Positions 1-9,078 are shown, counted from the stretch's first letter. The stretch is 24,549 bases of DNA from Candidatus Bathyarchaeia archaeon (GCA_037481775.1 JBBFKZ010000013.1:12205-36753); one strand, 5' to 3'. The notes: a model not told the origin generated them from the letters alone. Numbers and translations: made by a program.

Positions 1-169
1 AGCCTACGTCAAAACTGACGAATTCAATTATGATTCGCTGCTGGCGATTCAAAAGCGGTACCAAGCAGACATGGATTTATCCCCACGGAGAATTCTCCGA
101 AAAATGCAACGCGAGGGCTTCTGGACCGTTATGAAAAAAGCCCCGCGATACCTTCGCCGTTTTCTCTAA
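1..169 (+). CDS. 3' end of a gene truncated by the window edge (possibly the C-terminus of a radical SAM protein)
   Basis: Open frame from nt 2, AYVKTDEFNYDSLLAIQKRYQADMDLSPRRILRKMQREGFWTVMKKAPRYLRRFL, ending at TAA 167-169. The family guess is weak. Confidence 0.6.
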   Translation, partial: AYVKTDEFNYDSLLAIQKRYQADMDLSPRRILRKMQREGFWTVMKKAPRYLRRFL

Positions 170-240
170 AACATCCCTTTGCTTATGCTTAAATCATTGC
201 ACGATATTAAAAACCACTTAGCGCTAGAAGAGGATCAGTA

Positions 241-1050
241 ATGAGCAGTGCCCTACACGAGAGAATTCACGAGGCAAACGTTGCAGTCCACAGGTTTGAG
301 GCAAAATACTACGAGCTGCTTCATCCAGAAGTCTACGGCAAACAAGAGCAGAAACGGATAACAGCCGTTCTGAAAATGGTGGAGGCGCTTATAGCAGATA
401 ACCGGAAAAGGGCTTTGGATTTCGGCGCAGGCACGGGCAACTTAACCGGCAAACTCCTCAGCATAGGCTACCACGTAACCGCAGTGGACATATCCGCGGA
501 AATGTGCGCTATTTTAAGAAAAAAATACGCTGATTACCTAGAAAACAAGCAGCTGAGAGTCATCAACTCGCCTATAGAAAATGTGGCTTTTGACAAGGGC
601 GAATTCGACTTAATCGCCTGCTACTCTGTGCTGCATCATCTACCAGACTACACCGGCGCATTACAGCGGCTTGCTGCCTTCCTGAAGAAGGGCGGCGTGC
701 TTTACGTAGATCATGAAGCTTCTCCCTTCTACTGGAAGAGTGAACCGAAAAAGGCAGCGCATGTTGTTAAGCATCTTTATTTTCACTCAGCACCCGCGAT
801 TAACGCCTTCCACTTCAGGCTCATGGGACTAAGCCTCCCCTCTCTTGACTATAAATTATCTGATTACTGGCATAAGAGGGAGCATCCCTTAAACCATGAG
901 GATATACAACGCATATTTGAGAAAGAGCACTTTGACTTCTTCCAACGCGTGGATTATCATCTCAACGGAACCTGGCTCTTCAACCCAATTTTCCCACTCT
1001 ACAAGCGCATCTGCAAACCAGAAATGAGCTTCTGGATAGCCAAAAAATAA
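241..1050 (+). CDS. class I SAM-dependent methyltransferase
   Basis: Motif I ALDFGAGTG, VTAVDIS, FDLIACYSVLHHLPD and LKKGG. Confidence 0.93.
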   Translation: MSSALHERIHEANVAVHRFEAKYYELLHPEVYGKQEQKRITAVLKMVEALIADNRKRALDFGAGTGNLTGKLLSIGYHVTAVDISAEMCAILRKKYADYLENKQLRVINSPIENVAFDKGEFDLIACYSVLHHLPDYTGALQRLAAFLKKGGVLYVDHEASPFYWKSEPKKAAHVVKHLYFHSAPAINAFHFRLMGLSLPSLDYKLSDYWHKREHPLNHEDIQRIFEKEHFDFFQRVDYHLNGTWLFNPIFPLYKRICKPEMSFWIAKK

Positions 1051-1345
1051 TCAAACGCTTTAACTTTGTCGGCAAGTCTTCTTCCGAAGGGGATGAGGTG
1101 AAATTCGAGAGGTATATGGGTTTCTTGACTGCTGCATTTCGGACACGGGCGAAGCGTCTTTAACGTGTCTATGTATGTGTGTCCTTGAGGTTTGGCAGCT
1201 GGGTCTTTGTAGCTTTTTGTGGGGCTCGAACTTTAGCGGCTGGAACGTGTAGTGCCCAACATCGGGCAGCTTCCGAGTAGATGCTGTGAGAGAATAAATT
1301 GGAGGAAAAATGGAAGTCCTAGTCTTCAAGTTGCGAGAGGGCAAA

Positions 1346-2464
1346 CTATGCCTTATGCTTGAGTGTGTCCTTTAAAGTGTTTACGAGCTTCAGGTTTTCT
1401 TCGGCTGATCTGACGGTTACTCTGAAGTAGCTGTCATCAAGGCCGACGAAGGTGCTGCAGTCCCTGATGAGTATGCCTTTCCTGGCCAGTTCTTCCTTTA
1501 ATGCAGTTGACGTTATCTTTTTACCCGTTATTTTCACGAGCAGGAAATTTGTCTCTGACGGGAACACTTGCAAGCCGCTTATTTCGCTGAGCATTTTTGC
1601 GAATTGTGCTCTTTCCTTTGCGATGGTGCGCTTGGTGTTCTCGATGAATTCAACATCCTTCAACGCCGCTAGAACGGCGTAGCTTGCTAAACTGTTAATG
1701 CTCCATGGTTGCCTAATTGCCTGCAGCGTTTCTATGAGGTCTTCGGCGGCGATGCCATAGCCGAAGCGGATTCCAGGCATGCCATAGAATTTTGTGACCG
1801 ACCTAATCACGAAGAGGTTGCTATACTGCTTAACGTAGCCCGCCATTGTGGCTTCTTGCCCTTTTTCTGCAAATTCAATATAATTTTCGTCGACGCTGAC
1901 GATAATATTTCTAGTTCGGCAGAACTCGACAAGATCCAGAATGACCTCTTTACTGTAAAGCGTGCCTGAGGGACTGTGGGGATTGCAAATGTAAATTATG
2001 CGTGTATCCGCCATAACAGCCTTTTTTACCCTTTCTACATCCAGTGCGAAATCCTCTGGCAGCTTCACGAAGACAACTTCGCCGCCTACCCGCAAAACTG
2101 CCTTCTCATATTCAGTAAACGACGGCACAGGAATAACTGCTTTGAATCCGCTTGGTAAAGCGTCCGTGATCATGTAGATAAGCTCGATAGAGCCGTTTCC
2201 CAAAATAATGTTTGATTCTTCAACGCCGTGTCCCACGTACTTGGCAATTTCAGTTCTTAACTCTACAGGGTTTGGGTCTGGATAAAACCTTATTAGCTTG
2301 GCGTGCTGCTGTATGGCTTCCACCGCCTTTGGGGAAGGCCCGAGGAAATTGATGGGTCCACTGAATTCAAGCACCTTTTCGAGTGGAATGTTATATTTTC
2401 TGGCGAAGCCCCAGACGTCGCCGCCGTGGCTTACAAACCGCTTCTGTTTACACGGGTTTTTCAG
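1346..2464 (-). CDS. cobD: threonine-phosphate decarboxylase CobD / HisC-like PLP-dependent enzyme
   Basis: N-terminal HGGDVW..LEFSGPINFLG, YPDP, GNGSIELI, CNPHSPSG, VDENY and the PLP-lysine motif RSVTKFYGMPGIRFGY. The frame extends 30 codons upstream of the tracked GTG (2374) to CTG at 2464, which follows GGAGGA. Confidence 0.8.
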   Translation of the reverse strand: MKNPCKQKRFVSHGGDVWGFARKYNIPLEKVLEFSGPINFLGPSPKAVEAIQQHAKLIRFYPDPNPVELRTEIAKYVGHGVEESNIILGNGSIELIYMITDALPSGFKAVIPVPSFTEYEKAVLRVGGEVVFVKLPEDFALDVERVKKAVMADTRIIYICNPHSPSGTLYSKEVILDLVEFCRTRNIIVSVDENYIEFAEKGQEATMAGYVKQYSNLFVIRSVTKFYGMPGIRFGYGIAAEDLIETLQAIRQPWSINSLASYAVLAALKDVEFIENTKRTIAKERAQFAKMLSEISGLQVFPSETNFLLVKITGKKITSTALKEELARKGILIRDCSTFVGLDDSYFRVTVRSAEENLKLVNTLKDTLKHKA

Positions 2465-2466
2465 CG

Positions 2467-3009
2467 CTATTCCTCCATTCGTCTAATTATTTCCTTCTCC
2501 AACTCCCTGTGCGCTTTGAAATGTGCGTTGTACATGTTCACTATTTTGTATAGCCAGTACACTATTCCAAAGCCTAAAGTAATTATGGTTATCAAAGCAT
2601 ATTTTTTTATTGGTACACTCTGCGGCATAAACATTCTCTCTGGGAAAGCGCTTGCAAGAAACGCGTCTTGCCGCGTTTCATGCTTCACCAAATCTTTGGA
2701 AAGCAAGTAAACTAACACGAATACGGGGATCACCAGGACAATCGAGGCTGCCCATGCTTTTGCATTCATTTCGCGTATGCTTTCAGTAGGCGTCTGGATT
2801 TCTTTTCCCTTTTTTCTTAGGAACTCTGCGATTTGCTTTTCCAGCTCGTGTTCTCGGCGGAAATGCCTGTTCCTGCTTTCAATGATGCGATGGAACATGG
2901 GGAAAAAAGCTAATCCGAAGCTTGCTACCGATGCCAAAAACCACATGGAAAACCAGATTCTTCTATCTTTTTCCAGTATCGCCTGCATAGCCCTTTCCAT
3001 TCTGCACAA
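2467..3009 (-). CDS. small membrane protein with repeated TM-plus-His units (DUF4234-like)
   Basis: Three hydrophobic segments, each followed by a His-containing amphipathic helix. ITIITLGFGIVYWLYK resembles DUF4234. The start may be ATG at 3000. Confidence 0.75.
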   Translation of the reverse strand: MCRMERAMQAILEKDRRIWFSMWFLASVASFGLAFFPMFHRIIESRNRHFRREHELEKQIAEFLRKKGKEIQTPTESIREMNAKAWAASIVLVIPVFVLVYLLSKDLVKHETRQDAFLASAFPERMFMPQSVPIKKYALITIITLGFGIVYWLYKIVNMYNAHFKAHRELEKEIIRRMEE

Positions 3010-3035
3010 TAATTTCGCGTTTGATAGTGTTCACA

Positions 3036-3057
3036 GCCAAAGTTTATAAATTCTTTT
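3036..3057. promoter_or_regulatory. bidirectional archaeal promoter (palindromic TATA box)
   Basis: TTTATAAA at 3043-3050 with purine-rich BRE-like flanks on both strands, inside a 67-bp divergent gap. It lies 26 nt upstream of ATG 3077. Confidence 0.6.
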
Positions 3058-3076
3058 ATTCAGCATCTTTAGTCAA

Positions 3077-3784
3077 ATGGATAATGTTGATGTGCTAGTT
3101 TCCGTGGTTATTCCCGTATTTAACGAGGCGCTGACAGTAGGCAATATAATCGAGCGGTTAAACGTTGTTATGCAAAAATCAGGTTTCACATACGAACTAA
3201 TTGTTGTAGACGATTGCTCAACAGACAGCTCACTGGAAATTTCTAAAAAGCTCTACGCAAATGTTCTATCGCTGAAAACGCACATGGGCAAGGGCTGCGC
3301 CCTCAGAGCTGGCTTCGCAAAGGCACGGGGTAGCGTAATCGCAACAATTGATTCTGACGGTTCACATCGCCCAGAGGAGCTACCGCGCTTGTTGGCGCCT
3401 GTACTACGGAATGAGGCGGATCTTGTTATTGGCTCCAGATATTTAAGCCGAAATTTTTCTGTTGAGCGAAAATTTAATGTTGCTGGCGTTCGCCTATTCA
3501 ATTTTTTAATTAAACTTTTAATTGGAACAACTGTTTCTGATTCTCAATCAGGTTACCGCGTGATGAAATCCGAGGTTCTGAGGGGTATCTGTTTAAAGTC
3601 AAGGGAGTATGAGATAGAATCGGAGATGCTTGTGAAAATCGCCAAGCGCGGCTTCCGAATCATGGAGGTGCCGATAAGTTTTGATCAGCGTACCTACGGC
3701 ACATCAAATTTGGATCCCATAGTTGATGGACTTAAGATTCTTTTGTCAATTGTGTCTTCATTCATGAAGGATGGCCGGGAATAG
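3077..3784 (+). CDS. glycosyltransferase family 2 (polyprenol-phosphate glycosyltransferase, DPM1-like)
   Basis: SVVIPVFNE, VVDDCSTD, GKGCAL..GF, DSDGSH, IGSRY, DSQSGYR. Confidence 0.93.
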   Translation: MDNVDVLVSVVIPVFNEALTVGNIIERLNVVMQKSGFTYELIVVDDCSTDSSLEISKKLYANVLSLKTHMGKGCALRAGFAKARGSVIATIDSDGSHRPEELPRLLAPVLRNEADLVIGSRYLSRNFSVERKFNVAGVRLFNFLIKLLIGTTVSDSQSGYRVMKSEVLRGICLKSREYEIESEMLVKIAKRGFRIMEVPISFDQRTYGTSNLDPIVDGLKILLSIVSSFMKDGRE

Positions 3785-4773
3785 TGGATTCTACGTATTT
3801 GCCGAAGATTTCGATAATTGTGGCAACTTTCAATAATGAACAGACTATCGGTGAATGCTTAAAGGCCCTTTTCGAACTGAATTATCCACGGGATCTCCTT
3901 GAAGTAATTGTCGTTGACGGTTGCTCTACAGACGCGACTTTGCAGATTACACAGGGGTATCCAGTTAAGCTGGTTTCAGCGCCGCTCAATGCGCCAGCAG
4001 CCTATAACTATGCGCTCAAAACAGTCCGAAGTGATGTTGTCGCCTTCATCGATTCAGACGCGAAAGTTGAAAGCGAATGGCTGAACAAGCTTGTGGCTTA
4101 TTTGCGTGATCCGCAAGTGGCTGGGGTAAGCGGAGGCATAGAAACGTGGAATACGGAAAACGTTTGGGCACGGAGCATTGGTTATGACCTTAAAAGCAGA
4201 TATGCCCGCCTAAAGAGAAGTGTCAAGCGTGTTGCAACCATGAATCTTTTAATGAAGAAGCATGTTATTGAGGAAGTTGGCGGTTTCGACGAGAACTTGC
4301 CTTCACAGTATGACACTGACTTGGGTTTCAGGATAACAAGCCGGGGCTACAAGATACTTTTCGATCCAAACGCTAAATGTTACCACTTCAATAGGCCAAC
4401 TTTGGGAAGTTATTTTCGCCAGCAGCTACAGTATGGCAAGAACACTGCTAAGCTCTATCTTAAGCACGCCCACCTGGCTAGGGGCGACGAAATTACTGAT
4501 TTCGGCATGAACATCCAGCCTCTCTTGCTGCTTGCTGCCGCCGCCTTTATCCTTTTGGGCATAATCGACCTGCTGAGGCCGTTATGGTTTGCTTCAGCTG
4601 CTCTTTTCGTGCTTATGCTAATTTACTACATTATCTCTGCAGTTACGCTTTCCATCAGGTTCAAAGACGCGGCTGCCATGCTATTGGTTGTGCTGTATTT
4701 TGTGCGTGCGTTTGCCTGGTTTTCCGGCGCCGTAGTCACCACGCTTGGTTTTCTATGGGAGCGAATAAGGTGA
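3784..4773 (+). CDS. glycosyltransferase family 2 with C-terminal transmembrane helices
   Basis: SIIVATFN, VVDGCSTD, FIDSD, VGGFDE, YDTDL and RQQLQYG (QxxRW-like), followed by about three TM helices. The GTG start overlaps the upstream TAG. Confidence 0.92.
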   Translation: MDSTYLPKISIIVATFNNEQTIGECLKALFELNYPRDLLEVIVVDGCSTDATLQITQGYPVKLVSAPLNAPAAYNYALKTVRSDVVAFIDSDAKVESEWLNKLVAYLRDPQVAGVSGGIETWNTENVWARSIGYDLKSRYARLKRSVKRVATMNLLMKKHVIEEVGGFDENLPSQYDTDLGFRITSRGYKILFDPNAKCYHFNRPTLGSYFRQQLQYGKNTAKLYLKHAHLARGDEITDFGMNIQPLLLLAAAAFILLGIIDLLRPLWFASAALFVLMLIYYIISAVTLSIRFKDAAAMLLVVLYFVRAFAWFSGAVVTTLGFLWERIR

Positions 4774-4778
4774 GCTGA

Positions 4779-5972
4779 ATGGTTAGAGTATGCTTTATCT
4801 CGCCGGAGTATCTGCCTCTTTCAGGCGGCACGGGCTCTTACGTGTACTACCTTTCTAATGAGCTTATGAAACGCGGCAACTCCGCTTACATTGTTACCGG
4901 CTATGACGAAAGCGGCGACATCAAAGTCAACGAGCAGCACCGCATCTTTTTCCTCAAAACGCTCAAGATGCCCATTGTAAAATCATTTCAGTTCGCCGCC
5001 TCTGCCTCAAGGAAATTAAACAAGATGCGAGATCGGTTGCCAGTCGATATCACGCATGTTAATCTTCCGCTTGTGCCGAGCTTTGCTGTGCCAGCCGGTT
5101 TCGGAAAAGCATTAGTCACTACGGTTCATTCAACATGGAAGGGCGAGGCTGAAGCCATTAAGGGTGAGCCGTATAGCCGGCTTAACGCGAATGAGAAGTT
5201 TATGGTGAGCTTCAACTGGTTTCTAAGGCTTTTTGAGGAAAGAATGCTGGAGCGTTCAAACAAAATAATCGCGGTAAGCGACTTCACAAGACGCGAGCTT
5301 CTTCAATACTACCCGGTAAAGGCGGATAAGATTCGTGTAATCCATAATGGCGTAGACACAGACAAATTCAAGCCTGCATCTGACAAGCGCAAGGCAAAAG
5401 CAGAGCTGGGCTTAAGCACGGCGGACAAGGCGGTTCTTTCGGTGGGTCGCCTATACGCTCGGAAAGGCTTGTTTACCCTCATCGAAAGCGCAGCGCTTGT
5501 TGCCAGGAAATTTGGGAATGTCAAGTTTATAATCGCTGGGAAAGGCTTAAGCAACGAAATGGCGAAGCTAGTGAACTACGCTACGAAGCTTGGAGTTAAA
5601 GAGAACCTTGTTTTCACTGGATATTTCCCAGACAAGAAGCTTCCTCGGCTTTATCAGGCCGCAGACATTTTTGCTTTCTCGACGTTCTACGAGAATCTTC
5701 CTTTCGCGGTTTTGGAGGCTTTGTCTACAGGTTTGCCTGTTGTGACAACGCGGGTCGGCGGCATCCCGGAGATGATTGAAAGCGGCCGAAACGGCTTTCT
5801 GGTTGAGCCCTTTAACTCGTGTGAGTTGGCGGAGAAAATTTTGTTCTATCTGGAGCATCCAGCGGAGGCTGCTGAAATGGCGCTTTCCGCTCGGCGAACC
5901 ATAGAAGAAAAATTTGATTGGCGTTTAATAGTCAAAAAGGTGCTTGACGTCTACGCTGAGGCGCTAAGTTAA
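4779..5972 (+). CDS. glycosyltransferase family 4 (GT-B)
   Basis: YLPLSGG, VIHNGVD, VGRLYARKG and ENLPFAVLEALSTGLPVV (E-x7-E). Confidence 0.95.
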   Translation: MVRVCFISPEYLPLSGGTGSYVYYLSNELMKRGNSAYIVTGYDESGDIKVNEQHRIFFLKTLKMPIVKSFQFAASASRKLNKMRDRLPVDITHVNLPLVPSFAVPAGFGKALVTTVHSTWKGEAEAIKGEPYSRLNANEKFMVSFNWFLRLFEERMLERSNKIIAVSDFTRRELLQYYPVKADKIRVIHNGVDTDKFKPASDKRKAKAELGLSTADKAVLSVGRLYARKGLFTLIESAALVARKFGNVKFIIAGKGLSNEMAKLVNYATKLGVKENLVFTGYFPDKKLPRLYQAADIFAFSTFYENLPFAVLEALSTGLPVVTTRVGGIPEMIESGRNGFLVEPFNSCELAEKILFYLEHPAEAAEMALSARRTIEEKFDWRLIVKKVLDVYAEALS

Positions 5973-6931
5973 TCTGCGCTTGCGGTTTTGCCTCTATACG
6001 CGGTGGTTGCTTTTTGCAGGAGCTTGACAAAGCCTAATGAGCAAAAGAAGACTTTAGTTAGAAGCTCGTGTTTATATATCATCGCTTGCGCTTTGACGGG
6101 CAAATCTATTTTTGGCCGCTTAAACCTTCGCGCTGCCTCTGCTATTTGTAGACCCTGCACGTTTATGGCTTCAGCTTGCAGGTTTTCTTTTTCGGCTATG
6201 TAATTTAGGTACTCCACTTCTTCCAGGTTTAGGCCCATGATTTTTGAGGCGACAAGGTCGATGGCTAATGCGCAGTTGCTGGTCAACATCAAGTTCATTT
6301 TGACTGGTGTGCCCTTTGTCGGGCCGTTTCCTTCTATGGCTACCCTCGCATCCATTACTGTAAGCTTTGGCCTGAGAATTCTGTAAAGTTGGTAGAAAAC
6401 TTCGTTTATGTAGGGGTGCAGGTAAATGCGTTTGTTGCTTGGTATGCAGCCGAACAGGTTTTTTATGGCGCCGCTGTACATTGCCCACTCGTGGGTTTTC
6501 ATAAGCGCCAAGTCCACTACAGCATCTGCGTCGAGCACAGTTTTCGGAAGAAAAAGCTCTTTCAAGTGTCCGCCATCGGTTTGAAGCTTAACTTTGACTA
6601 TTTTGTCTTCTGAAAGGTTGATTATGGCGCCGCCTGCCTTTTTCACGGCTGCTTCCATGCCTGTTTTTTTGAATGCTACGCGGCAGGGGTAGTTGAATCC
6701 GTCAGATTCGCCTACTATTACTTCTGCAGCGTTGTCGCGGAGTAAACCTACAAGTTCATAAGCTAATGTGGGGCTGGTCACGACGCCTGGCACATATTCT
6801 GGGTGGCTTAGGTTGGGTTTTACGAAAATCCGCTTTTTTCCATGTAGCTGCGCCTCTTTCACCGCTTGCCTTAGAATGTCGCTTATGTCATCGTAGGTTT
6901 TGAAGATTTTGACGGTTTTCTGCTTTGTCAT
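5969..6931 (-). CDS. DUF362 domain-containing protein
   Basis: IFVKPNL, VIVGESDG, MKTH, GAIKNLFG, EGNGP.KG and AIDLVASKIMG. ATG 6931 overlaps the radical SAM stop as ATGA, so the track's longer N-terminus is overlap. Confidence 0.88.
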   Translation of the reverse strand: MTKQKTVKIFKTYDDISDILRQAVKEAQLHGKKRIFVKPNLSHPEYVPGVVTSPTLAYELVGLLRDNAAEVIVGESDGFNYPCRVAFKKTGMEAAVKKAGGAIINLSEDKIVKVKLQTDGGHLKELFLPKTVLDADAVVDLALMKTHEWAMYSGAIKNLFGCIPSNKRIYLHPYINEVFYQLYRILRPKLTVMDARVAIEGNGPTKGTPVKMNLMLTSNCALAIDLVASKIMGLNLEEVEYLNYIAEKENLQAEAINVQGLQIAEAARRFKRPKIDLPVKAQAMIYKHELLTKVFFCSLGFVKLLQKATTAYRGKTASAD

Positions 6932-8361
6932 GGGCTTTCCGCTTCCTTTGACAGTATGCATCCTGGGTCTGCGGCTAAGAAGTCGCCGTTGTGGTATGCG
7001 TTTGCTCTTGCTCTGCAGCCACCGCAAATGTACTTGTATCTGCATTTGCTGCATGCGCCTTTTAGGTTGGTTCTTTCTCGCAGTGCGTTGAAGAGTTTAG
7101 AGTTTAGCCATACATCGCTGAAGTTTTCTTTTTTCAAGTTTCCAACGTGTATGGGTAGGAAGACGCATGGGTGCACATCTCCTTGCGGCGATATTGAGCA
7201 GTAGAGTCTTCCTGCGCCGCATCCGCCTATGAAATCCGCGAGTGGCACAGCTTTTTTGCTGACTTTCACGGTTTGCATGTGCGCCATGGACATGGCTAGT
7301 TCCTTGCCGTTGCCTTGGCATTGGAGCGCTACGCGTGCCAGCTGCGGAGCAGTGGTGAGTATGGTGACTTTGAAGCCTTTTGACATTTTATCCAGCAGGT
7401 AGAGCATGAGTTTTTCTCTTTCTTCCGGAGCCAAATCTTCGTTGTAGTGCTTTTTTCCGCGCCCTGTGGGGATGAAGTTGAAGTAGGTGAATCGCGCTAC
7501 GCCGATTTTCTCCGCCAAATCAAGGATCGCCGGCATTTCTGCTATGTTGCTTTTGGTTGCGGTGGTGGCGATGCATGCGCATAAGCCTGCTTCCACGCAG
7601 TTCTTTAAGCCCTCTATCGCCCTGCTGAATGCGCCTGGGGCTCCTCTGAATGAGTCATGGGTTTCTGCTGTGGCGCCGTCGATGCTGACTTCCACGTAGT
7701 TGATTTTCGCCTGCTTAAGCTTCTCCACATTTTCTTTGGTTAGCATGGTGCCGTTGGTGGCTACAGAAACATAAAGCCCGCGTTTGGCGGCGTAGCTTGC
7801 TACTTCGAAGAAGTCTTTTCTGCTGAGTGGTTCTCCTCCTGAAAAGGCAAGCGCGGTTACGCCGGCATCCGCAAGCTGATCCACTATGACGAGGGCTTCT
7901 TGGGTGGTGAGCTCAGGCTGGGCTGCTGCGCCCGAGTTCGAGTAGCAGTGTTTGCAGTTCAAGTTGCATTTGTGCGTGAAGTCCCATACGACTAGGAATG
8001 GTGCGTAAATGCTGAGCGGTTTACGTATTCCATAATGTGTGAATGATTTTACAAGGGTGATTATGGCTCTTCTCGCATACGGATCCGCAAGCAGCTTTTC
8101 CACTTTCTCCCGTTTTATGTTGAGGCTTCGTCTGAGAAATTCGATCCAGAACCGTATTATGCGCGAGTATAAACCGTTGCACTTGCATTTTGCCGCTTTT
8201 TTGCCCACGTAATCATCCAACGCGGCTTCAAGAATCGTCCGGTTACAGGCGCCGCATTTCCTCAGCGACAACTGTAGCATTTTCTTTGTGGTGGGCAAGC
8301 TGATTATGGCATTCCAGAAACTGTCGTGACTCAGCAAACTCATTGCTTTCCCTTTTTTCAA
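6928..8361 (-). CDS. radical SAM protein with SPASM domain and Cys-containing N-terminal extension
   Basis: CNLNCKHC (CxxxCxxC), FSGGEPL, VSIDG and SPASM CGAG..GDVHPC..CSKCRYKYICGGCRARA..DPGC. The start is TTG 8361 or ATG 8343. Confidence 0.95.
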   Translation of the reverse strand: MKKGKAMSLLSHDSFWNAIISLPTTKKMLQLSLRKCGACNRTILEAALDDYVGKKAAKCKCNGLYSRIIRFWIEFLRRSLNIKREKVEKLLADPYARRAIITLVKSFTHYGIRKPLSIYAPFLVVWDFTHKCNLNCKHCYSNSGAAAQPELTTQEALVIVDQLADAGVTALAFSGGEPLSRKDFFEVASYAAKRGLYVSVATNGTMLTKENVEKLKQAKINYVEVSIDGATAETHDSFRGAPGAFSRAIEGLKNCVEAGLCACIATTATKSNIAEMPAILDLAEKIGVARFTYFNFIPTGRGKKHYNEDLAPEEREKLMLYLLDKMSKGFKVTILTTAPQLARVALQCQGNGKELAMSMAHMQTVKVSKKAVPLADFIGGCGAGRLYCSISPQGDVHPCVFLPIHVGNLKKENFSDVWLNSKLFNALRERTNLKGACSKCRYKYICGGCRARANAYHNGDFLAADPGCILSKEAESP

Positions 8362-8659
8362 CGCGTACGCGCTTGTGCTAATAGAATTGAAGTCTGGATA
8401 ATGTTAAAGATTTCTACACTACACTTTAATTCTGCCGTGCGGGTAAGAAGCGCTGTGGATCACTTGCTAGTTTAGGCATGCGCCTTTTCTTGTTTGCTGA
8501 TGCGCGCTAGTCTTTGCGGCGTTGTTGTGCTATTTTTGGTTTATACAATATGGAAATAGCTTCAAATGAAACTTGGACTAGGCACTGGCTCGCAAAAATT
8601 TTTGAGGCGAATCCGTTAAGGTAGTTTATGAAAGCGAACAAAATAGAAGGGTAAATCAT

Positions 8660-8923
8660 ATGGCAAAACTGAAAATGTTTGAAATCGATAGAGAGAATGA
8701 ATACAAGAAGTGCGGTTGCTGTAATTGGGAAGTTAGCAAGGTTTACTTAATGGTTGTGACACAAGAAGAAGCAGACAGGCTATTTAATGAAAGTGAAATA
8801 GAAGACGGAGAACCGCGTGGGCTTTGTGGTGATTGCATGTGTGCATTGTTAGCAGAAACAGGTTATACAATTGAAACAGAATCTGCGTGGTCGCACCGCA
8901 AAAAGGAACAGCCCCAAAATTAA
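8660..8923 (+). CDS. small hypothetical Zn-binding protein
   Basis: ATG start, acidic 87-aa product with CGCC and CGDCMC motifs, in an AT-rich islet. Confidence 0.75.
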   Translation: MAKLKMFEIDRENEYKKCGCCNWEVSKVYLMVVTQEEADRLFNESEIEDGEPRGLCGDCMCALLAETGYTIETESAWSHRKKEQPQN

Positions 8924-9078
8924 TCTTTTTCTTTAGTGAAGTTCATGTTTTTGACTACTCTAATATAGATTGAACTTATTGGGTGTAAAAAAGACAGAAG
9001 CTGATGTTTTTGCTATGGGATTAAATGTTATGAAAGATGTTACAGTGTTGATAATTATTTTTTTTAAAAAAAAGTTGA

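Noticed and set aside
6932-7054. N-terminal extension of the DUF362 ORF in the track
   Set aside because: It overlaps the SPASM domain in another frame. The ATGA-coupled ATG at 6931 is the better start.
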